From positions 1,024,001 to 1,088,000 of the forward strand of contig CAVTRN010000001.1 in NCBI GenBank assembly GCA_963737155.1: DNA of 64,000 nt, read 5' to 3'. The notes under the pieces were generated by a model. The model made no database searches and was not told the DNA's origin. It saw only the letters and a list, made by a program, of their open reading frames with translations. The stretch comes from Nitrospirota bacterium. GTDB lineage: Bacteria > Nitrospirota > UBA9217. Both the position numbers and the translations under genes were made by a program. Positions 53,893 through 64,000 of the stretch are shown one piece after another (within the stretch, counting starts at the first letter, position 1; each line of letters starts with the position of its first letter).

Positions 53893-56013
53893 ATGCAGAA
53901 GATATCGGTTACAGTTGACGGAAAAAAAGTTGAAGTGCCTCTCGGAGCGACGATTCTCGAGGCGGCGAATGCTGCGGGATCGCGAGTCCCGACGTTGTGC
54001 CACGACAACAAACTCCACCCCTTCGGCGCGTGCAGGATCTGCCTCGTCGAAGTGGAAGGCACACCGCGCAAGTTCACGCCCTCCTGCACGACGCCGGCGA
54101 CGGACAACATGGTCGTGAAAACCTCCACACCGTCGCTCATCGAGGCGCGGAGGATGGTGCTTGAACTGCTGCTGATCAAGCATCCCCTTGACTGCCCGGT
54201 CTGCGACAAGGCAGGCGAGTGCTCACTCCAGGATTTGGTGCATGAGTACGGGCTGGGTACGAGTAGATTCGACGCGGAGAAGGGCTACCTTCCGCCGGAT
54301 TATGAAAGTGCAATTATCGAGCGCAACATCAGCCGGTGCATCCTTTGTGGAAAATGCGTCCGTATCTGCGACGAACAAAATGCCGTGGGCGAGTGGGCCT
54401 TCACACGGCGTGGAACGCGGGCACGGATTAGCACCGATTTCGACCGGCCCCTGGACTGCGAGTTCTGCGGAGAATGCGTGGAGATCTGCCCGGTGGGCGC
54501 GCTAACCACGCGCCAGTTTAAGTACAAGGCCCGGTCATGGAATCTCGAAGCGACCTCGTCGGTCTGCAATTACTGCGGCTGCGGCTGCAATGTTTCCTAC
54601 GAGACCCGTGACGGCAAAATCATGAGGGTGGGCCCCGCGAAAAACAATTATCTCTGCACCAAGGGGAGGTTCGGCTGGGATGCAACGCATCATGCCGATC
54701 GTCTCACCACGCCGAAGATGCGCGTGGGAGGAGAGCTCGTGGACTGCACATGGGAAGAGGCGCTGTCGGTCATTGCGACCAATCTCAACGTGATCAAGGG
54801 CAAGGGCGGTGCTGACAGCATCGGAGGTTTGGGATCGGTTAGGACCACGAACGAGGACAGCTATGTGTTCCAAAAATTCCTGCGCTCTGTCGTGGGGACT
54901 GCCAACGTAGACATGCTTGCAAGGCTCAAGACGCCGAAAGGACTTAATACGTCCTTCTTTTCCGGGGAACTGAACAGGATTATTGAGCATGAAGTTATTC
55001 TCGTGCTTGACCCGAATGTGGGTGAGATTAACCCGCTTACGGGCATCGAGATCGTTCGTGCGGTCAACAAGAAAGATCGGAAACTGATTCTCGTGAACGA
55101 CGACTATAACAAGTTCAATAAGATCGCGACTGTCGTGCTTCCTATGAGCACGGACAAGGCGCTCGATGAGCTCCTTTCGGCGCTCGCCTCACGGGTTGGC
55201 AATGAAGCAGACAAGGCCGTCCAACTGCTCAAGGGAGCAAAGAATGTGGCGGTCATTGTACCTGCGCAGCTTTCGGACAAAGCACACATGGGGATCAGGG
55301 ATTTGGCAGGAAAGCTCCAGAATGTTACCTTCTATCCCCTGGTGCGGAGGAGCAATTATCAGGGTTCGCTTGATATGGGTATCGTTTCCGGTTATCTCCC
55401 CGGTTACCGAAAAATGGATAAGCCGGGCATGAACGCCGTTGAAATGCTCGATGCGGCCAAGACCGGCAAGCTTGTCTCTCTCTATATCATGGGAGACGAT
55501 CCTGTGGGAAGCGATCCGGGCCTGAAGCAGACCCTCGAGAAGCTCGAATTTCTCGTGGTCCAGGACATCTTTATGACCGAGACCGCGAAGCTCGCCCATG
55601 TCGTGCTGCCCGCTGCCAGTTCAGCGGAGAAGTCAGGGACCTTCACCAATGTGGAGCGCAGGCTCCAGCAGTTGAACAAAGCGGAAGAACCTGTCGGGGA
55701 ATCGCGCTTGGACTGGGAGATCATCCAGGATATTGCGAAAAGGATGGGTGGCTCCTTAAGTTATGTGTCCGACCGGGACATCCTGAAGGAGATCCGGTCT
55801 GTCGTGCCGTCTTACGCCGATCTCGCTGTGGGTGCCTGCTGGGCGCGCGAAAAGTCACCAATTGCCGGCTCGTCAGAGGACCTCTCCCTGGAATCGGATA
55901 CAATCATGAAGCAGGAAGTAATCACCGCGGAACGGCTGCTTTTTTCCTCAGGGGTCAGCATCACGCGTTCTCACGAAATAGGAACGATCAGACATTACAA
56001 GATCGAAGTGTAG
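53893..56013 (+). CDS. nuoG: NuoG-like subunit (Fe-S relay plus non-catalytic molybdopterin-oxidoreductase fold)
   Basis: [2Fe-2S] motif, HPLDCPVC, CILCGKCVRIC, CEFCGECVEICP, CNYCGCGC..LC. No Fdh catalytic Cys/Sec. Confidence 0.88.
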   Translation: MQKISVTVDGKKVEVPLGATILEAANAAGSRVPTLCHDNKLHPFGACRICLVEVEGTPRKFTPSCTTPATDNMVVKTSTPSLIEARRMVLELLLIKHPLDCPVCDKAGECSLQDLVHEYGLGTSRFDAEKGYLPPDYESAIIERNISRCILCGKCVRICDEQNAVGEWAFTRRGTRARISTDFDRPLDCEFCGECVEICPVGALTTRQFKYKARSWNLEATSSVCNYCGCGCNVSYETRDGKIMRVGPAKNNYLCTKGRFGWDATHHADRLTTPKMRVGGELVDCTWEEALSVIATNLNVIKGKGGADSIGGLGSVRTTNEDSYVFQKFLRSVVGTANVDMLARLKTPKGLNTSFFSGELNRIIEHEVILVLDPNVGEINPLTGIEIVRAVNKKDRKLILVNDDYNKFNKIATVVLPMSTDKALDELLSALASRVGNEADKAVQLLKGAKNVAVIVPAQLSDKAHMGIRDLAGKLQNVTFYPLVRRSNYQGSLDMGIVSGYLPGYRKMDKPGMNAVEMLDAAKTGKLVSLYIMGDDPVGSDPGLKQTLEKLEFLVVQDIFMTETAKLAHVVLPAASSAEKSGTFTNVERRLQQLNKAEEPVGESRLDWEIIQDIAKRMGGSLSYVSDRDILKEIRSVVPSYADLAVGACWAREKSPIAGSSEDLSLESDTIMKQEVITAERLLFSSGVSITRSHEIGTIRHYKIEV

Positions 56014-56022
56014 GAGCAGAAT

Positions 56023-57108
56023 ATGCCCGAAATGAACCAAATACTTCACCTTCTCTTCACTATAGGCATCCCCGCTGTTATACTGCTGGCATTCATCTTG
56101 GCCAACGCCATGTACCTGCAGCTCATGGAGCGCAAGGTGCTCGCGCATATGCAAGGACGTCTGGGGCCGATGCGTACCGGCTGGCATGGGATCCTTCAGC
56201 CGATCGCCGATGCCGTCAAGTTCATGATGAAAGAGGATATCATTCCTGCGAAAGCTGACAAGTGGGTGTTCAGCATAGCTCCCCTGATCCTGCTTGTGAT
56301 GGCGTTTGGTGCCATGGTGATAATTCCCTTTGGTCCGCCCACGAACTTCTTCGGACTTTTGTCGAAGAAGGTTCCGCTCTGGGTATCTAACCTGAACGTA
56401 GGCGTGCTTTTCATCCTTGCTTTTTCAAGCGTGGGAACCTACGGTGTGATCATGGCGGGTTGGTCTTCGAACAATAAATACTCGCTTATGGGCGGTTTCC
56501 GCTCTGCGGCGCAGATGATCAGCTACGAAATCCCGATGGCATTTTCGATTCTGACTGTGGTCCTCATGGCGGGATCGCTTAATTTATCCGATATCGTAAA
56601 CGCGCAGGCTCACCGGTGGTTTATCGTGGCACTGCCCGTCGGGCCGGTGGCCTTTTACCTCTACCTCATGTCGGGCATTGCCGAAACGAACCGCGTGCCC
56701 TTTGACCTGCCGGAAGCGGAGAGCGAACTGGTGGCGGGGTATTTCACCGAGTACAGTGGTATCCGGTTCGGTATATTCTACATGGCCGAATACATGAACA
56801 TGATCGTCGTTTCGCTGCTTGTTTCCATCATGTTCTTGGGCGGCTGGCTTCCGGTCCAGATTTTGCCGCACACACTCGGCCATATCGCCCCGATTGCATT
56901 TATCAACAAGATGCTTGCGGCCATCCCGCCGACGATCTGGCTGCTTGGAAAACTGTATTTCTTTATCTTCTTCTATATGTGGCTGCGCGCAACACTTCCG
57001 CGATACCGGTACGACCAGCTCATGGCGATATCCTGGAAGATCATGCTACCCATTTCTCTGGTTACGTTGCTGGTTGCAGCGGGCATGAAGCAGATAGGAT
57101 GGCTGTAA
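56023..57108 (+). CDS. nuoH: Complex I subunit H
   Basis: ERK..A..Q.R.GP, QPIADAVK, RSAAQMISYE, PFDLPEAESEL. Confidence 0.97.
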   Translation: MPEMNQILHLLFTIGIPAVILLAFILANAMYLQLMERKVLAHMQGRLGPMRTGWHGILQPIADAVKFMMKEDIIPAKADKWVFSIAPLILLVMAFGAMVIIPFGPPTNFFGLLSKKVPLWVSNLNVGVLFILAFSSVGTYGVIMAGWSSNNKYSLMGGFRSAAQMISYEIPMAFSILTVVLMAGSLNLSDIVNAQAHRWFIVALPVGPVAFYLYLMSGIAETNRVPFDLPEAESELVAGYFTEYSGIRFGIFYMAEYMNMIVVSLLVSIMFLGGWLPVQILPHTLGHIAPIAFINKMLAAIPPTIWLLGKLYFFIFFYMWLRATLPRYRYDQLMAISWKIMLPISLVTLLVAAGMKQIGWL

Positions 57109-57150
57109 AACAGTTCGGTGATCAGCGTTCGGAGTCAGGAGTATAAAACG

Positions 57151-57621
57151 ATGAGTAAAGTGAACAAGCTGCTCAAAACGATCTTTCTGGTCGAAATAGC
57201 TCAAGGCATGGTATTAACGCTTAAGACCATGTTGACCCCAGCCATTACACGGCAGTATCCAACGTTCAAGCGCAAACCGATCCCCGGATCGCGCGGACTC
57301 CACGCCATGAGGCGCGACGATTCGGGCCAGAAAGAGCGCTGCATCGGATGCGGCCTGTGCGAAGCAGTCTGTCCCTCGAAAGCCATCACGGTGGTGACGT
57401 CCGAGGGCGTGGAGCACGAGAAAGTCATAAACTCATACGAGCTCGACCTACTCCGTTGCGTATTTTGCGGTTTCTGCATCGATGCGTGCCCCGTATCGGC
57501 CATCATCATGACGCCTGAGTTCGAGCTGGCCTGCTATTCAAGAAAAGATGCGTTCTATACCAAGGATCGGCTTATCGCAGTGGGCGATCACTACCTCGGC
57601 GGGAAGGCGGTAAAAAAGTAA
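57151..57621 (+). CDS. nuoI: Complex I subunit I
   Basis: CIGCGLCEAVCP, CVFCGFCIDACP. Confidence 0.96.
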   Translation: MSKVNKLLKTIFLVEIAQGMVLTLKTMLTPAITRQYPTFKRKPIPGSRGLHAMRRDDSGQKERCIGCGLCEAVCPSKAITVVTSEGVEHEKVINSYELDLLRCVFCGFCIDACPVSAIIMTPEFELACYSRKDAFYTKDRLIAVGDHYLGGKAVKK

Positions 57622-57622
57622 T

Positions 57623-58129
57623 ATGATGAACCAGCTTATTTTCCTCTATTTTGCCACGGTCATCTTGGTATCTGCCGTGCTCACGGTCACACGCACTAAT
57701 CCCGTGCACAGCGTGATGTTCATGCTGCTCCTATTTTTCCACATTGCCGGGATCTTCGTGCTTCTGAATGCGGAGTTTCTCGCGGCGGTACAGCTGATCG
57801 TCTATGCCGGAGCCATTCTGATCCTGTATCTCTTTGTCGTGATGCTCCTGAACGTTGACCGGGAAAGCTCCGCCGCTCGGGCGAACCGTTTCTGGCCCTG
57901 GATGGTAGGCTTTGGCCTGTTGATCTCCGGTGAGGTGATGCTCCTTGTAGTGCGGGGCACGTTCCCGGCAGAGGAAGGGATTACCATGAGGCCTGCCGGC
58001 AGCGGCATTAAAGAGCTCGGCATAACGCTTTATCAGAATTACCTGGTGCCCTTCGAAGCTGCGTCCATCATTCTGCTTGTGGGCCTGGTGGGGGCGGTGA
58101 TGCTGGCGAAGAGAAGGGCGAATGATTAG
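57623..58129 (+). CDS. nuoJ: Complex I subunit J
   Basis: NPVHS, AEFLA.VQLIVYAGAI, PFE. Confidence 0.95.
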   Translation: MMNQLIFLYFATVILVSAVLTVTRTNPVHSVMFMLLLFFHIAGIFVLLNAEFLAAVQLIVYAGAILILYLFVVMLLNVDRESSAARANRFWPWMVGFGLLISGEVMLLVVRGTFPAEEGITMRPAGSGIKELGITLYQNYLVPFEAASIILLVGLVGAVMLAKRRAND

Positions 58130-58135
58130 AGTATT

Positions 58136-58634
58136 AAGAGTCTGATGCGTTTGTAGAGTTTACTGAGTTGATAGTGTCCGGGATTTTGGTTCCAATCCTA
58201 TGATCTCTTTAGACACTCAGATCCATTCTGGAGGTTTTATGATTCCCTTGTCCTGGTATATCATGCTGAGCGCGGCGTTGTTCACCATTGGTGTCGTGGG
58301 CGTGCTGAGCCGACGCAATATTTTTATCATCCTAATGTCCATTGAACTTATGCTGAACGCCGCGAATATCAACCTTGTGGCGTTCTCGCATTACCTGCAG
58401 TCACTTACGGGTCAGATTTTCGTTATGTTCGTAATCACCGTGGCCGCAGCCGAGGCCGCCGTGGCGCTGGCAATCATCATCCTTCTCTCGCGCAACCGCG
58501 GGAGCGTTTATGTGGATGAGTTCAATATCATGAAAGGATGAGATGAGTCGATAATGTCTAAAGAGCAACTTCGGCAAAAGTCCATCATCTCAAACCATAA
58601 GACTCCACAAACTCTTTAAACCCTTCAGGCTCTT
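58136..58634. repeat. Nested inverted repeats flanking nuoK
   Basis: 58136-58168 vs 58602-58634 (25/33 reverse-complement identity) and 58205-58215 vs 58555-58565 (11/11). Confidence 0.6.
58239..58541 (+). CDS. nuoK: Complex I subunit K
   Basis: [17 protein letters not shown]. Confidence 0.96.
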   Translation: MIPLSWYIMLSAALFTIGVVGVLSRRNIFIILMSIELMLNAANINLVAFSHYLQSLTGQIFVMFVITVAAAEAAVALAIIILLSRNRGSVYVDEFNIMKG

Positions 58635-58675
58635 GGGACTGATCGGACTCTATAGACTCACAACCGGGAGTGTTT

Positions 58676-60610
<1,935 letters not shown>

Positions 60611-60660
60611 CCGTTCCACGATCAAGATATAAAGTTCATAGTAAATAAAGGAGCTTCTCA

Positions 60661-62199
60661 ATGCTCGAATTAAAACCCGATCAGCTGGGGTATCCATTGC
60701 TGAGCTTTATGATCTTTCTACCCATACTCGGGGCGTTTCTGCTTCTGTTTGTCAGGAATGCATCCATGGCGCGCTGGTTCGCGCTTGGTATTTCGGTAGC
60801 CGAACTTGCTCTTTGTATTCCGCTTCTGGCGAACTTCGACGCGACCATCCCTCACATGCAGTTCGGCGAGAGCATGTCCTGGATCGCGGCATGGAACATC
60901 AATTACCGCCTCGGCGTCGATGGCATCAGCGTTCTGTTCGTGGTCCTGACTTCGCTGCTGACGACAATATCCATCATGGTGTCCTGGAGGGCCATTCAGG
61001 ACCGGGTCAAGGAGTTCATGCTCTCGCTGCTGTTCCTGGAAGCGGCGATTATTGGCGTGTTCGTGTCCCTGGATCTTTTCCTTTTCTATATCTTTTGGGA
61101 AGCCATGCTCATTCCCATGTACCTCCTGATCGGCGTCTGGGGAGGGCCGAACCGGCTGTATGCGGCGATTAAGTTCTTCTTGTATACCCTTGTGGGAAGT
61201 GTGCTCATGCTCGTCGCGATCATCGCGGTGTATTTCGCGGCGGGACATACATTTGACGTGCTGGCACTCATGAATTACAAATTCGGCCGTACATTCCAGA
61301 TGGTAGCGTTCGCCGCTTTCTTCGCGGCATTTGCGGTCAAAGTGCCTATGTTCCCGTTCCATACGTGGCTGCCGGATGCCCATGTGGAGGCACCGACAGC
61401 CGGCAGTATCATCCTGGCAGGTATCCTTATCAAGATGGGAGCCTATGGGTTCCTCCGCTTCTCGCTGCCCTTTTTCCCCGATGCGGCACTTGCCTGGACG
61501 CCTGCCATCATGACCCTGTCCGTGATCGCCATCATCTACGGGGCGTACATGGCCTTTGCGCAGACGGACTTCAAGAAACTTATCGCCTATTCAAGCGTGA
61601 GCCACATGGGATTCGTCACCCTCGGTATTTTCGCGTTGAACAGCCAGGGGCTCGAAGGTGGCATTCTCCAGATGCTGAACCACGGAATTTCAACGGGTGC
61701 TTTGTTTCTCGCCGTGGGCGTGATCTATGAACGGACGCATACAAGGCTGATTGCTGACTACGGCGGAATTGCGTCCCGGGTCCCGGTATATGCGACCTTT
61801 CTGCTGATCATCGTTTTTTCATCGATCGGTCTTCCGGGGACCAACGGTTTTATCGGTGAGTTTACGATCCTGCTTGGCGCATTCCTGCACGACAAGCCAT
61901 ACGCCGTGATCTCGTCCCTCGGTATCATCCTTGGCGCGGGGTACATGCTCTGGCTGTACCAGCGCGTGGCGTTCGGCAAGATAACCAACCCGCACAATGA
62001 ACACCTTGCCGATATGAACCTTCGTGAGGTGGCCGCGGCGCTGCCGCTCGTGCTGCTGGTGTTCGTGATCGGTCTTTATCCGAACGCGGCTTTCGGCATA
62101 ATGCATGTGTCCGTATCGAACCTGATTCAGCATATGCAAGCTAAGGCGGAGTCAGCGCCGGCTATGGCGCAGACGCTCGGTACGATATTAGGAAAATAA
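60661..62199 (+). CDS. nuoM: Complex I subunit M
   Basis: FWEAMLIPMY, KVPMFPFHTWLPDAHVEAP, AYSSVSHMG. Confidence 0.97.
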   Translation: MLELKPDQLGYPLLSFMIFLPILGAFLLLFVRNASMARWFALGISVAELALCIPLLANFDATIPHMQFGESMSWIAAWNINYRLGVDGISVLFVVLTSLLTTISIMVSWRAIQDRVKEFMLSLLFLEAAIIGVFVSLDLFLFYIFWEAMLIPMYLLIGVWGGPNRLYAAIKFFLYTLVGSVLMLVAIIAVYFAAGHTFDVLALMNYKFGRTFQMVAFAAFFAAFAVKVPMFPFHTWLPDAHVEAPTAGSIILAGILIKMGAYGFLRFSLPFFPDAALAWTPAIMTLSVIAIIYGAYMAFAQTDFKKLIAYSSVSHMGFVTLGIFALNSQGLEGGILQMLNHGISTGALFLAVGVIYERTHTRLIADYGGIASRVPVYATFLLIIVFSSIGLPGTNGFIGEFTILLGAFLHDKPYAVISSLGIILGAGYMLWLYQRVAFGKITNPHNEHLADMNLREVAAALPLVLLVFVIGLYPNAAFGIMHVSVSNLIQHMQAKAESAPAMAQTLGTILGK

Positions 62200-62209
62200 G
62201 GAGAAACCG

Positions 62210-63664
62210 ATGTCCAGCTTGCCTCAGGAATTCATGCAATTTCTCGCTCCGGTGCTGCCCGAGGCCGTTGTCCTTATTACGGCAATCCTCGTTCTTCTCT
62301 TCGATCTTTTCATCGAGAAGGAGGGCAAAGCACTCTTGGGCTGGTTGAGCGTGGCGGGAATCGCGGTCGCGGCCGTAGTCACTTACCACTCGATGGGATT
62401 GAATGAGGCCGTATTCAATGGCACCTTTCTCGTCGACCCCTTCTCAACGTTCTTTAAATTCGTTTTTTACATCGCCTGCGGGCTTGGGATATTAGTGTCC
62501 ATCAATTATCTGAAGGTTGAGGACATCCATCGAGGTGAGTACTATGCACTCATGCTATTCGCCACGAGCGGTATGATGCTCATGGCGTCGGCAGGCGACC
62601 TCATAACCCTCTATCTCGGTCTTGAGCTTATGGCGCTTTCGATTTACATCCTTGCGGGCTTCATGCGCCAGGATAACCGGTCGAATGAAGCCGCCATCAA
62701 GTATCTGGTTCTCGGTGCGTTCTCGTCGGGAATCATGGTCTACGGTATGTCGCTCGTCTATGGTCTTACCGGAACAACAAATCTTGGGCAGATTCTCGCG
62801 TTTCTGCATGACGCCAATCTCAATAATCCTGTCCTCTACTTGGCCATGATTATGCTGATCGTGAGCTTCGGCTTCAAGGTCGCGGCCGTACCGTTTCATA
62901 TGTGGGTGCCCGATGTATACGAGGGGGCGCCGACTTCCGTTACGGCCTTCATGTCCGCGGGCCCCAAGGTCGCGGGATTTGCCGTTCTGCTTCGGGTATT
63001 CCTGTATGCCTTCGAGCCGCTCCATGCTCATTCAACGGTCATTCTTTCGGGACTGGCTGTGCTCACCATGGCTGTGGGCAACATCATGGCATTGTCCCAG
63101 ACCAATATCAAGAGGATGCTTGCTTACTCGTCCATCGCCCATGCGGGCTATGCACTAGTCGGACTGGCTGCCGGCGGTCCTGAAGGAGCGGCCAGCGTGA
63201 TGCTTTATGTCTGTATCTACGCGCTCATGAACATGGGGGCATTTGGAGTAGTGATCATGCTTAGAAAGGCCGGCGCGCGGGGTGAGGAGATCACCGACTT
63301 CGCAGGGCTTGGCAAGACCAATAAGACTGCGGCCCTGCTCATGCTCATATTCATGTTCTCGCTTACCGGGATTCCGCCCACCGCGGGATTTATTGGCAAG
63401 TTCTACATCTTTAAATCAGCGATCCAGGCAGGACTCTTGTGGCTTGCAATCGCGGGTGTTCTCTTTTCGGCCATTAGCGCCTTCTTCTATCTCCGCATCA
63501 TCATGGTCATGTATATGAATGAACCGAAAGAGAGCATTGAACTCTCCATTTCGCCGTCCCTCGCGCTGGCGTTGGCGATATCGGTTACAGCCGTCATTGT
63601 CATCGGTGTCTATCCCGCCGAGCTCCTTAATTATGCGCGCGCGTCGATTTCGGGGATATTGTAG
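62210..63664 (+). CDS. nuoN: Complex I subunit N
   Basis: EAAIKY, FKVAAVPFHMWVPDVYEGAP, KRMLAYSSIAH. Confidence 0.97.
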   Translation: MSSLPQEFMQFLAPVLPEAVVLITAILVLLFDLFIEKEGKALLGWLSVAGIAVAAVVTYHSMGLNEAVFNGTFLVDPFSTFFKFVFYIACGLGILVSINYLKVEDIHRGEYYALMLFATSGMMLMASAGDLITLYLGLELMALSIYILAGFMRQDNRSNEAAIKYLVLGAFSSGIMVYGMSLVYGLTGTTNLGQILAFLHDANLNNPVLYLAMIMLIVSFGFKVAAVPFHMWVPDVYEGAPTSVTAFMSAGPKVAGFAVLLRVFLYAFEPLHAHSTVILSGLAVLTMAVGNIMALSQTNIKRMLAYSSIAHAGYALVGLAAGGPEGAASVMLYVCIYALMNMGAFGVVIMLRKAGARGEEITDFAGLGKTNKTAALLMLIFMFSLTGIPPTAGFIGKFYIFKSAIQAGLLWLAIAGVLFSAISAFFYLRIIMVMYMNEPKESIELSISPSLALALAISVTAVIVIGVYPAELLNYARASISGIL

Positions 63665-64000
63665 CTCTGATGAGCGAAGCCTTTCAACTGTTTGTGTTCA
63701 TCTAGTGCTGTTACATGACAGTTCGGGTTAACATCGCGCCGGTAGCGCTTCTCTCTCTCCGACGTTCTCCGCGTTCGCGGGGGACTTATCCGCCAGGAAC
63801 CTCTTCTGGACTACCATGAAATCTTCCCCAGGCTGTAAGGCTGAACCCCCAGCTAGGTACAACAGTCTTTCTCCCGACCAGAGATATTTTCCGTTCTTTT
63901 ATTGGCGACCCGAAAGAGCCGAGATTCTATCCCCGCTTCACGGTTTCAATAAGATAGCATCTATGTCGCGCGGTTACGCAACGCTTTCTACGATATGCAA

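Noticed and set aside
53893-56013. Formate dehydrogenase or [FeFe]-hydrogenase catalytic subunit
   Set aside because: There is no catalytic Cys/Sec-His, no in-frame TGA and no H-cluster motif.

Overview
Genomic window from an anaerobic or microaerophilic diazotrophic Gram-negative bacterium. A Nitrospirota/Desulfobacterota-like origin is an inference from gene content and was not tested. It has three blocks. (1) About 0-16 kb is a nitrogen-sensing and uptake island: an APC permease, a PP2C-phosphatase/Ser-Thr-kinase fusion, two amt-PII pairs (one canonical, one co-divergent) and ntrBC, interleaved with a PerR/Fur-rubrerythrin-SOD oxidative-stress operon, a 100-bp MITE and a pseudogene. (2) About 16-33 kb holds housekeeping and efflux genes: pgk, htpG, HPF-CSD, an aldo/keto reductase, an RND pump and a PAS-GGDEF-EAL protein. 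(3) About 33-64 kb holds a Mo-nitrogenase cluster (nifHDK, fused nifEN, nifX, nifI1/I2, fdxB, GNAT, nifB, hesA), followed by an unusual complex I (nuoA-N) operon. The strongest candidate for an undescribed system is this complex I. Its NADH-input module is of the HydBC/HndABC electron-bifurcating type, and a five-gene DRTGG / CBS-kinase / DRTGG / PHP-phosphatase / GHKL-ATPase cassette is inserted between nuoD and nuoE. Five sigma54 promoters share a tandem 17+2+17-bp enhancer motif, and there is no nifA in the window. One of these promoters drives no recognisable gene and is a candidate sRNA or small-peptide locus. Degenerate 7- and 9-nt tandem repeats fill many intergenic spaces, and one is translated in the NifE-NifN linker. 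All calls come from motif reading by eye; no database search was run.
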